64,000 bases of DNA from Bispira polyomma. Its lineage: Eukaryota. Made by a program: the position numbers and the translations under genes. Below, one piece after another: positions 52,512-64,000 of the stretch (its first letter is position 1; each line of letters opens with the position of its first letter). The stretch is from positions 13,020,001 to 13,084,000 of the forward strand of contig OZ287752.1 of assembly GCA_965649765.1 (NCBI GenBank). Reading direction: 5' to 3'. Under the pieces are notes generated by a model, which was not told the origin of the DNA, made no database searches, and saw only the letters and a list, made by a program, of their open reading frames with translations.

Positions 52512-53451
52512 TCCAGTAAGTTTAACACATTTTTTGGGAAATCTCGGATTTATTTATTTTTTTTCACTGCTCACTAATCCATACGGAGACGCGATTGAGA
52601 TCTAAGCTATGGAGAGTCATGTGACTTATTCAGTGGTGTTGATTGGCAGAAAGAGGTGGTGTGCGGTTAATAGAGCATGTGCGCTAATTACATCGAATAC
52701 GGTAGCAAGTTTTGAATCATATTAGATGTAGTGAATTTTTGTTCCTTAGATCCAGAGCCAAATAATATCTCACAAATAGTATATTCTGTATTATCAATAT
52801 TGAAAGCTACATTTGCCCACTGTTTCAGTTGCCCTCAAAATTTTCTGCTAGTAGCACAAAAGAAAAAATGATGATCAATTGTATCTATTGAGTCACAATA
52901 ATTACATTTTGGTGAAATCTCAATTTTCCATTTATGCAGATTTAAATTGCAGTTGATCACTCGGTTTATAATTTTATATTGGAAGGATTGAAGGTACGGT
53001 TCTTTTACCATGAAGTGGACCAAGTTAAATATTTTCTGTCAAGGAGCAACCTCAAGCAACGGATAGGCTTCAATCCATTTTTCTGTAGAAGATGGCTGCT
53101 GTAACTTCTCATTTATGGCTACCCAGTATAATACCTTATTATTTAATTTTGAGAAATCTGATAATTTACCCTTTACTAGAATTCTTGGCATTGCGCTTCT
53201 TGTCGTATTTGACATTAACATGGTTTTTAAAACATCTTTCCAAGCCTGTGGTATGGACCTAAAAAAATGATATTGTAAGTTAAAAAATCTATATTTAATC
53301 TAAACTTCGTGGCAAACTGTTCAAAAGATAGAAAACTGCCATTACTTGATAGCATATCACTTATTACTAAATTCTGGGTGTCGGCTTCCTGTAATTTAAA
53401 ATCTTGTGACTGTAAAGGTTTATTTCCAGAACATATAAATTTATTTTCAAA

Positions 53452-53706
53452 TCTAATCTAATCTAATCTAGTCGTACTTTTATAGCGCTTAATCTTTGTA
53501 CAACAAATTCTAAGGCGCAACAAACCCAAAACGTTAATCGCAAATCAAAAATAGTGGGCGGATGGAAGTCGTAACCAGGGAGACTACCGTAGATGGTTGC
53601 GACGGCTAAGGTGGAAAAGCCTGTTCAAAAAGATAGGCCTTCAGCTTACTCCTGAAAGAGGAGAAAGTTTGAGCCAGGCGAACATGATCAGGTAGGCTGT
53701 TCCAAA
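53452..53706 (-). mobile_element. 5'-truncated L2-like LINE 3' end nested in L1 ORF2
   Basis: LWNSLPDHVRLAQTFSSFRSKLKAYLFEQAFPP*, 3' UTR and (TAGAT)n tail. Confidence 0.8.
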
Positions 53707-54037
53707 GATAAATTCATTCATGATTTCATCGCCTGATTTTGGAGCTACACCATGAAATTGCTCCCAACATTCAAACATCTGCCTGTGAAAAAGTGTTAGG
53801 CATTTAAACCTCTGCGTTGGTGGTAATTTTTTCTTTATTTTACTTTTTCCTATATTTAATAGATACCAGGTTAAAAGTTGCCACTTTCCATGATTTTGAA
53901 CAAGCAAGTTTTTGATCCATTTTATTTTGGATACTATATTAATAGCAAATATATCAGGCATTTTAAGACCACCCATGGCATAGGGGGCAGTTATTGTACT
54001 CCTTTTAATTATTGCAGGTTTATTTTCCCAAAGAAAT

Positions 54038-56590
54038 TCAAATAAAATTCTGTCTATTCTTTTCAATATGTTTGTTGACAAAACATACTGACAGTAAATA
54101 GGTTATCTTAGGTAGAACTAGTGATTTTAATATTAAGATCTTGCCTTTCAAAGACAATTTCCTGCCTTTCCACATACTTATTGTAGTCCCCATTGCTTTT
54201 AGCTTATCTTCAAAATTCAGTGAAATTGATTCATTTAAGTTATATGAAAACCATATGCCTAAAGTTTTAAAGTTTGCTTGATTGATCATAATTTTGTGTA
54301 TTGACCTAGGTAATGTTACCTTTTGAAACCTCGATGTACCAATTGGAATTATTTTGCTTTTTTCAATGTTAATTTTTAATTCTGAACAGTTGTGAAATCC
54401 CTTGAGATACGAGATTAAATGAACGACAGAGTCAATATTACTTGTGAATACAGTTGTATCATCTGCTAATTGACAGATCTTATATTCCTTCTTTTCTATA
54501 TTTATTCCTTTTATCAATTTATTTTTTCTTATTGCAATGGCCATTATTTCTACAACTAGTAAAAACAAAAGGGCAGATATTGGACACCTTTGTCTTATTC
54601 CTCTACTTAACTGGAAATATTCAGAAAAGTCTCCATTATTACTTACACAAGATGCTATACTTCTATATAGTATTTTGATCCACTTTTGGAAATTCGGTCC
54701 AAAATTGAAAGCTTTTAATGTTTTAAAAAGAAAAGACCATTCCACACTATCAAAAGCTTTTTCAAAATCTAATAATACAATATAGCCAGGCAAATTTCTC
54801 AAATCTGTGTATGAAATAATGTCTTCTATCAATCTAATATTTTCCCCTATATATCTACTTTTTAAGTAACCTACTTGATCAGAATCAATTAATTTTGGTA
54901 GTACCAATTGTAGCCTATTTGCCAATGCCTTAGTTAAAATTTTGTAGTCAGTTTTGAGAATGCTTACTGGTCTGCAATTTTTTAAAAATCTTAAATCTTT
55001 GTTCGGTTTTGGAATAAGGTTAAGGATACCTCGCCGCTGATCATCTGTCAACAGTCCATTTTGAAAAGAGTACATAAAACTGTCAAACAATAAGTTTTGG
55101 ATATCTGGCCAAAAGAATTTATAAAAATTTGTTGTAAAGCCATCATTTCCTGGTGTTTTATCATTTTTTAAATGTTTCAGTGCTGCTGCAATTTCTGGTA
55201 ATTTTAGGGGACTATCACACATTTGTTTTTCAATATCATTTAAGTGAGGTATATGTTGTTGCTCTTTTATGAAATCTTCAATTCTTTCATCCTCCTCAGT
55301 GACCTTAGAAGAGTATAGGTTATAGTAGTACTTTCTTTCTTCTTCTAAAATGTCTTTAGGATTTGTTATTTCAGCTGTGTCATTACATATTAATTTCTTG
55401 ATATATTTGGAATTATAGTTTCTTTTCTCTAAGTTAAGGAAATACCCAGTATTCTTTTCTCTCATTTCAACCCATTGCACCTTTGACCTGAGGATTGCCC
55501 CTTCGGCCTTTTCATTTTGTAATTCTTCCCACTGAGTTTTTACCTCATTATATTCATGTATATTTTCATTGTTTTTTGCTATTTCCTTTTCTAAATTTTC
55601 TAGTTTTTGCTGTAAACACTTTTCCTTTTCTATTTTTTTCATTGCTTTTGATTTTGAATATGTTATAGTTATTGTTCTTATTTGGCACTTAACAAAATCC
55701 CATAATACATTTTTATTTTGTAAGTAGTTATCTGGGGTTATTTTGTGTAGTTCTTCTTTTACTAGACCAACATAAGTTTCATCATGTAGTAATTTGTTAT
55801 TAAATTTCCAATAACCTCTTCCTCTGCGCTGAGTATTAATAAGCCGCACCTTTAACTTAATTACACTATGATCTGATTTAAACCCTGGTTTAATAGAACA
55901 GTTTGATACCTGGGCTCCAACATTATTTGAAATTAAGAAGTAGTCTAACCTTGACTGAATCAAACCTGCCCTTGAGTTTTCTCTTCTTGTAAATTTTAAC
56001 TCTGTTGGATGTCTCAATCTCCATATATCACCTAAATTATACACTTCCATAATACTTATGATTCCTGATGCATATTTTGTCAAACTTTCATTACTTCCTC
56101 CCTTCTTGTCAAGTTTAGGATTCAGGTAGGTATTGAAATCTCCACCAATAATTACACTCTTATCAGCAAATTGTTCCAATAAATTTTTAAAGCTTTCCTA
56201 AAATTCTAACTGTAAATCCACCTTATCTTTTGTAGGTGCGTATAAATTTACTAGTAGAAATGGGTTTTCATCTATTTCACAATCTAGAATAATCATCCTA
56301 CCTTCATTATCTTTATGCACATTCAAAATTGTTAATTTGATATCATTTGGTATTAAAATTGCTACCCCTCTACTTTGATTGCTACCATGTGAGAAATATA
56401 TGTCTCCTTTCCATTCGTCTTATCACTTTTTTTCATCTAGTATAACAGAATGAGTCTCCTGTAACATTATCAGGCCTCGACGTTTGGACAGTAACCACTT
56501 AAAAACTGTGTTTCTTTTCTTAACATCCCTTAACCCTCTGCAATTAAAAGAGTTGACCGCTATCTCATCTTTATCTGAATACATCTTCAT
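54038..56590 (-). pseudogene. L1 ORF2 endonuclease/reverse transcriptase (main block; lesions at both ends)
   Basis: 713-aa open stretch 54038-56179 with APE C-terminus and RT; upstream APE start has a stop/frameshift. Confidence 0.88.
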
Positions 56591-57782
56591 TAAAGGACAT
56601 CCATATTATTTTCAATATCATTTGATACTGTAAGAGTTTTAAAACATGTTAGATACACTGATTTTTTTGCAATATATTGATCTCTATTTAGAGTCATACC
56701 AGGAACATAGAAGGACACGACACACAAATTACACATAACACACCTCAAATAACAGATACAAAGAACATAATACATGTAATAGAACATGTGACAACCAAAT
56801 ATCACTAAAAGTTACAGGTGTTTAGGCCTTTCTCTCACAAAAATAATTCTAAATAGAAAGCTAAATACATATAATAGTTTTCCAATTTTATATTTAAATT
56901 AACCTTTCATTACATGAATAAACTCATGCAGTTTCATTACCATAAATCTACCATGTACTTTCACGATACATTTCAACATGTAAATACTTTTTATCATGAG
57001 TACAAAGGTAAAAAAACATAGAAGTACTAGTTAAACAGTAACATATTATAAGCAAGTCAAGGGCCAGAAGTTTTAATTGTTTAAATATACTAGTACTTTG
57101 TTATCTGCCACCACTATTTTGTAATTATGGACATTTCTGTCAATGATACTTTATATGGTATGTACTATGTACATGTATATGCATAATCTACTAATTATAA
57201 TTCTTTAAGTATACACACATATTAGTAAGTTATTTCTCACCATACATTTTCACTTGTAAATCTATTTTATCATTAGTAAAAAGGTAAAAAAACTTCTACT
57301 GAATTGATGCAAAAGCACATAGAAATACTCGTTAAACAGTGACCAAGGCAAGCAAGTTAAGGGCCAGCATTTTTAATTGTTTAAATATACACACATATTA
57401 CTATGTTATCTGACACAATTCATACATTTTAACTATTTTGTAATTACTAAAATTTCTGCCACTGCTACTTTATGGAGTATGTATTACCGGTATATATATG
57501 CATGTTGGTAGCTTCACAATTTGTTCGCTGATATTTCAACATATGTACCATACAATTTTTCTTCTTTTTTTTTTTTAAACCGTTAGTATTTTGGTTAATA
57601 AAAGTATGTATTTAAATTTAACACTCATATTTACATATGAAAAAAAAAACTCGAGTACTCAAAGTTCGATGGTAGAATGAGAATCAGGACTTGAAAAATA
57701 AAAACAAATTGTAAAGTCATGATAGGAATAATCATAATAAACCACATAACCCAAAAAATATATATGTCTCTATTATAAACAG

Positions 57783-58821
57783 TTACATGGAAGGTTTTAG
57801 TTCAGTTCTTACTTTCATCAGTGCTCGTCCCATCAGGTTGTTTCCTTTCCATTGTCTTTTATCCCATAACTTTTTATCTACAAGTGAAAGTCTTTTAATA
57901 ACTACTGGGTCATGCTCAGATGATAGTTTGTGGATTAGATGTTGGTCTCCAAAACGCTCTGCTATCCTTATAAACAGAAATTGTTCCATGCTGCTATATG
58001 ATTCTCCATTCACAGTAAATTTACACTGATAATGATTAGACAGCATACTGTACTTTGAGTAAAATCCTGTTACATCTCCTCTAGTTGGTGTGAACAACTT
58101 GTTCAAATCCAGCTTACAGTGTTGTTTCTCCAAGTCCCCAACTTCATATACCTCCGATTTCACAATTAACTTGTCATCTTTGAGATATATTCCTCTTGTA
58201 TCTTTAATTTCCTGTTCAAAACCAGCTTTTACTGCCTCCATCACCGGGAACAACTTCTTTCTTGCCTGTGCAATTTCCAATGGTAAATCTTCCACAGTTG
58301 TTATGCCGTGTTGATTACTTATCTCCCTTTTTATCCTCAGGATGCTCAGTTTGTCCTTAAAATTTGCTAATCTTGCTATAACAGCCCTATTCTTCTGGTC
58401 TGGTGTACCTCCTAATCTATGAATTCTTTCAAAAGATCGCCAGTCCAGTCTTAGAGGCCCTTGAGAAACTTGTTGCAAATATCCAACATTTTCTGCTCTA
58501 AATTTTCATCTCTCTCTTCAGCTACACCCAGAAATCTGATATTATTTTTCCTTTGAAACAGTTCTAACTTATTAACTTGATCGTGAAGCTTCTTATTTTC
58601 CTCTTTCAACTGTGTAATTTCTTCTATGTTCTTTGTTTTTGTCTGACAAAAGTCTTTTTTAAGGATTCAAGATTGCTCTGAATAGGTTTTATATGCTCAT
58701 TTAACTTCTCATCCAATACTTCTCTTAAAATATACTTGAAATTTTCATTTTGATTTAATAATCCTTCAGGTGAAAATAACATATCTGTGTGTAGGCGTTT
58801 TGGGGTACAAGGTGTAGCCAT
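57783..58821 (-). pseudogene. L1 ORF1 (coiled coil, RRM, CTD) fused to a C-terminal NADAR/YbiA-like domain
   Basis: ATG 58821; FERIHRLG..RAVIARL..EDLPLEIAQARKKLFPV..LKDDKLIV (ORF1p); then FYSKYSMLSNHY..SMEQFLF..FGD..DP..KRL and WKGNNLMGRALMKVRTEL (NADAR). Two frameshifts upstream. Confidence 0.8.
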
Positions 58822-61800
58822 TTTAATAACCAATCATTTTAATAACCAAACACTATATTTTGCTTTTTTTCTGCACTACACTTCAATGACCTAATTCTTT
58901 GACAGTTCTAAAAAAGACTATTTGGCTGTACTGGGTCTTCCGCTATTGTTCATAGAAATCACAACATGTCATTCATTACCCTGCCTTCCCAAAACACTAT
59001 AACTTGTTTCTCTGCAGTGCACTCCAATGACCTAATACTTTGACAGTTCTCTGTGCTGAATAAAATTAAACAGAACACACTGGTATGCTTCTGCACATAA
59101 AGACAATATTACATCAGGAAAACATCTCATTTTATGGCAAAAAAAAAAACAAACCACACTCCTTCAGTCAGTATGTAATTCATGTTTCACTGTATAATTT
59201 TAACAGGCCAAACTTACACAATACACTAATTCAGCTTTTCAGACTCTACATCAAACGTCCACTCTGAGTACATATTATTGTCATCAGCTCTACAGTAAAA
59301 CTGGGCTCCATCATCATCCTTGTCAACAGTGAGCTCATACTCTAGTGTATTGGCTGTCATCTGTGTTAGATGTGTAGCTACTCCCTGTCTGTACAACCTC
59401 AGTCTACTTGCAGGATTACTGTCTACTTCACAGGTCAAGGTTAACAAGGTATTATCATTTACTGTTGAGGATGGGGATGCTATAGGTTTACTCACTGATG
59501 ATGGTACATCTGGAATTGAAATAGTACTTAACTGAAAAAGACACAATATTACCCTGAAAACCATTGTTAACATATTAATTAATATCAAAATTTGGTATAG
59601 GAAACTTTAAGTGCAAAAGGTATGGTTTAAGCCTTAATTAGCATTAAATGTGTAAATTAAGTAACAGTAACATAATAAAAGTTTGTTGTGGACGAGATAG
59701 CCACATTATTGCTGCTAATTTGTCACTATAATTACATCAGTGAGATCCTGACTAATAATGAACAACCATATTTAACATAACATAGATAACAAAGTCAATA
59801 GTGACACTAGAGCAAGTTACCATCTCTGAAAGAGGCGTGTTATTGCTGATGTGTATGCGTGCCATCAGTAAATCAAAGCATCAGTCACACAGTCAGGGCA
59901 ATTTCATATGTGCTTATCTAAGAAATGCACTGATTTTTCTTTTGCAAACAAGAATTTGAAAAGGAAAAAAATTAGACATTGTCTCAATTTAATACCGATG
60001 TAGACCTACTCTAGCTACTCCACAAACCACATCAAATCGGATATTTCGTCCAGCGTGCTCAATAAAACCCTTTGATTGGGTGGAGGGCAGGAAATTTTCC
60101 ACTTGTTGACGCCTTGCTTGTTAACGTAAAAGTGAGGGTGCTTAAGGAAAGGTGGCAAAACCTTCTTCTAGGCGACCTGTGATTGGTCGCTATGCTAGTA
60201 AACAAAATTTGAGGTTATTTTACTTTAAAGCCCTAACTTTTGACGACTGACTTGTCATGCTGTCCGAACTGCAGTGACTTACACATTATGATTTTTAGTT
60301 AATCATAAAATAAAAGCTTTTATTTAAGAACTCCCATGAAAAGATATAGTAAGTACCAGTAAGTGACATATTAGATTGTGATTACACACCAACAAACACA
60401 AACCAAAAAAACTCTCCTACAACAGGAAAGCAATGTCCATGTATAGCAATGGACATGTAATACAATTCATTACATACTTACAGTACACATCTAGGGTTTC
60501 AATGTTTGATGTTTTCACTACTTCTATTGGTCCTTCACCCCAGGTCAGTTCACACTGTACTCCTTGACCATGCTGACCACGGTTAAAGCTCAGAGTCTGT
60601 GTATAAGTCACTGTATAAGTCAGTCCATTACTCTCCTTACTCTCTGTTTCAAGACCTCCAGTGTAGTACTCACTCCCTACTTGTACTCTGAAGTCTGATC
60701 TTTACCTGGATAGATGGAAGACACTCTACACTGGATGGTTTTGGTTACACCCTCAATTAAAATACCTATGTTCTGTACCATTGAACTCATACTCTACATC
60801 TCTCCCAATAAACTCACTCTGTAATGTACTCCTGTTCTCTTGCCCCCAGTAAATAAACACATGCTGTGAAGTAGCTCGATTATACCAGTCAAGTGTTATG
60901 ATGTCACTTCTAGTTAAACCAGAATCACAAACTAGGGTCATTGAGTCTCCGTGTAAGATGTAGAAAGTAGAGCCAGAACTGTAAGGACTTTCATAGTGAG
61001 TACTCACTAATACATCTGCATTTACTACTGACCTTTCTGAAATGACAAGTTTGTGTTATTAACCATATTTGATGGTTTCACTGAATACATGGGTAAATGT
61101 TGAGTACTTGACCAATATAAGACATGATTGATTGTTTACAAACAACAAAAGTTGCAATGTTTACCAATCGTAAAATTAACACTAATAAATGAAACACAAT
61201 ACACACTATCAGGTATGTTATAAATTACATGTTAATATATAATAATTACTTACCATTGAAAAGTGTCAGCAAAAACATCCACTGGATCATCATCTTTACA
61301 GGTAAAGAAATGATAAAGAAGTATATATCATTGGACTACATGCATACGTCCCTCACTATTTCTGATATATGTATTATGTTAAAAGTTAAGGAAGTTAAAT
61401 TTACAAGTACTAGATATTCATTCAAAGGGTACGTTATATTACAGCACGACTATCAAGAGGGCATATCTTATAACAAAATGCATGATATGTAATAGTAAAA
61501 CTACATGTCAATCGGTGTGTATGAACGAACCATGACAAAGCATTACAAAACAAGCTTGTCATCGTGAGTTAAAAAAACACAACACGAATAAAGTTTTACT
61601 ATTATTATACATTAGCTTTTATCACTATTATGCTTAAACTCGAACAAAATATAAGAAAAAAATCCCCCAAAGCCCTAAAATGGTTATCATTGTTAGTTTT
61701 GAAAACCTTCTGTCTGTTATTATGTCACAATGCAAGTTTAAAAAAGTTAGTACCCAAAGAATTAACTCCAAAATTATATTTAGAAAGGTATAAAAATCGA

Positions 61801-62395
61801 GTTTTATACTCCAAAATATAATTTTAGGTTTATATTTTATGTTAACCACACTTTCTAGCAACTTTCAGTCTGAAATATTGCGTAAGATTTACTGTAAGAT
61901 TTACCGTAGAAAATCTTGGAAATACTATGATGTTTATTATATATAGATAAATACCAAGTGGCACTACATTATGTAAACTTAATGTGTACGAGGGCCTTTA
62001 GGTTTTACATAATGTATGGGCCACATAGTGTTTATCTATTAAAAAGCCCAACTAAAATTACATTGTTGAATGAAGTGTAAACAAATTAAATTAAGAATGC
62101 TTGTTTAAATATTGTGTGATTTTAAAAAATTAATAGAAATGTCCATATACCATCGTAGTAGAGTGGCATATGTAGGGTGGTGTGCCAAATACATATATTC
62201 TATTTCTTACAAAGAATTGGATAAAGAAATAACATCTTTTGTTTCCCCTTTGCAAAAAATGTTCGCATTCAAACTAGCTTTTAATGAAAAACTTTACTTA
62301 TTAATATTATTATTTCTTTCATTATTTTCTTTACATGTTCATTAATTTCCAGATATCATATGTAATTCTTCTATCACTGTATAATACTGATAGAC

Positions 62396-63949
62396 ACAAT
62401 ACACTAAATCTCAACCTTTCAGACGTCATATCAAATTCCCATCCTGAGTGCAGATTATTGTCATCAGTTTCACAGTAAAGCTGGACTCCATCATCATCCT
62501 TGTCCACAGTGAGTTGGTACTCCAGTGTCTTGGCTATCACCACTGCTAGATGTGACGTCCTTCTAAGTCTGAACAACTTCAGTCTACCAGCAGGATTACT
62601 GTTTACTTCACAAGTCAAGGTCAGCAGAGTATTCTCATTTACTGTTGAGGATAGGGAGGCTGTAGGTTCACTCACTGATAATTGTACATCTAGAATTTAA
62701 CTAGTACGTAACTAAACAAGGCACAATATACCGCGAATACCATTATAAACCTATTAATCAACATCAAACTTTGGTGGAGCAAACCTTATGTGCAGAGGCA
62801 TGGTTGACCCCTTAATTACCATTTAATGTAAAGCATTTAACGGTAACATAAAAAATATTGTAATGAGCCACATTATTGCTGATAATTTCTGACTATAATT
62901 ACATCAGTGAGATCCTGACTAAGAATGAACAACCATATTTAACATAACAGAAAACAAAGTCAATAGTGACACTAGACTAGGTTACCGTCTCCAAACGAGG
63001 CGTGTTATTGCTGATGTTCTTGCGTATCATCAGTAAATCAAAGCATCAGTCAGGGGAAATTTCAAATATGCCAGAATCTGATTGTAGCCAATTGTTTGCT
63101 GGTTCCAGTTGATGTTTTGTGTACCTAATGTCTAGGCATACATTGTATCATAGTCAATCTATTCTCCCTTTATCTGGTATTCAAAGTGCTAATTGTGTTT
63201 TCTTCTGAACACTATCATTTATCTTCAATTTACCATTTTTAAATTCCAAATTCTAATCATGAAATGATACAAGTGTTGTCATATCTATATGCTTTTCATC
63301 ATAAAATAGGGACAGATCACACGTAAAACTTTATGGGCCGAGGAAGGCTCGTGCTAAAAATGTAACAACACTATAAGTTATAAGAAAAGTCCTTAGGACA
63401 AATGCATACCATGTACAGTTTGTTAAAAAGACTGACGTTCTCAGAAAAATGACATGAGTCTAGGGGACTTTAATGCCATATGTATACAATCTGCCTGACG
63501 TTTGGATGTGATAACACCCATCCAGCTGTATTGTTAACTGATACATAAGAAAAAGGCCTGAGAGCCATAAGTTGAGAGGCCCACTGCAGGAACTCAGACA
63601 GGAAAGCAATGTAATAGAATTCATGACATACTTACAGTACACAACTAAGGTTTCAGTGTTTGATGTGTTCACTAATTCTATTGGTCCCTCACCCTAAGTC
63701 AGTTCATACTGTACTCCTTGACCTTGCGGTTAAAGCTCAGTATCTGTGTACAAGTCACTGTATAAGTCAGGCCATTACTCACCTCACTCTCTGTCTGAAC
63801 ACCTCCACTGTAGTACTCACTGCTTACTTGTACTCTGAAGTCTGTCTGCTCTGTCCCTGGATAGATGAAGGACACTTCACACTCAATAGATTTGGGTGCA
63901 CCCTCAATTACAAAACCTATGGTAGTAACATTCACAGAATATGGAGCAA
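62396..63949 (-). pseudogene. IgSF receptor copy E (5' end outside window): Ig2 and Ig3 exons only
   Basis: Ig2 63636-63949 with deletions and Trp>TAG; Ig3 62396-62689 open; followed by sequence matching the upstream flank of other copies (62230-62320 vs 2810-2900). Confidence 0.8.
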
Positions 63950-64000
63950 CTGAAATAAATATAGTAATCTATATTTATATAATTACTTCGATGTAACAAT

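Larger units (their letters stand above)
49302..52702 (-). mobile_element. pogo (Tc1/mariner group) DNA transposon, 3.4 kb, with a second ORF
   Basis: 22-bp TIR CCGTATTCGA(C/T)GTAATTAGCGC at both ends; TA target duplication; transposase and HIRAN-like ORF lie inside. Confidence 0.92.
48908..59064 (-). mobile_element. Full-length L1/Tx1-like LINE (ORF1 with NADAR-like domain, ORF2 APE-RT-CCHC), carrying nested pogo and L2 fragment
   Basis: Poly-A tail (T-run 48908-48939); 13-bp TSD ATTAAACAGAACA at 48895-48907 and 59065-59077; empty site in the paralog at about 7276; ORF2 from ATG 56590 (NSFNCRGL, GGDFN, SDH, DFEKAFD, LADD). Confidence 0.92.
44864..61293 (-). pseudogene. IgSF receptor copy D (most complete; SP-7xIg-FN3-FN3-like-TM-tyrosine-motif tail), pseudogene
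   Basis: SP 61254-61293; fused Ig1/Ig2 60482-61036; Ig3 59218-59509 (2 nt short); Ig4 48517-48810; Ig5 47942-48238; Ig6 47538-47814 (8 nt short); Ig7 47126-47428; FN3 46253-46546; FN3-like 45517-45786; TM 45258-45418; tail 45036-45146 and 44864-44890. Confidence 0.85.

Noticed and set aside
2040-61036. V(D)J-like or Dscam-like cassette of alternative Ig1 exons
   Set aside because: Each Ig1 has its own signal exon and upstream region, and I saw no RSS-like flanks; whole-gene tandem duplication explains the pattern.

Overview
AT-rich animal DNA, probably from a marine invertebrate (lophotrochozoan/mollusc-like repeats; this is an inference). The backbone is a minus-strand tandem array of at least 7 complete or partial copies of one Ig-superfamily receptor gene. 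Its reconstructed exon order is signal peptide, Ig1 (V-like), Ig2-Ig7, FN3, a degenerate FN3-like domain, TM, and a tail with ITSM/ITIM-type tyrosine motifs (TTYENV, [A/S]EY[A/L]DL, VTYETI). Every copy in the window is damaged or truncated; copy C keeps an open SP-Ig1-Ig2. The array is heavily invaded by transposons. (1) A full-length L1/Tx1-like LINE (48908-59064) has a NADAR/YbiA-like domain fused to ORF1. (2) A pogo transposon nested in that LINE (49302-52702) carries an intact, divergently oriented HIRAN-like ORF. (3) A DIRS-like tyrosine-recombinase retrotransposon. (4) Two Penelope-like insertions, one with a perfectly folding type I hammerhead ribozyme (38732-38799, minus). (5) L1 and L2 fragments, tRNA-derived SINEs and MITEs. 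All domain calls are by-eye motif recognition and need HMM or structure confirmation.
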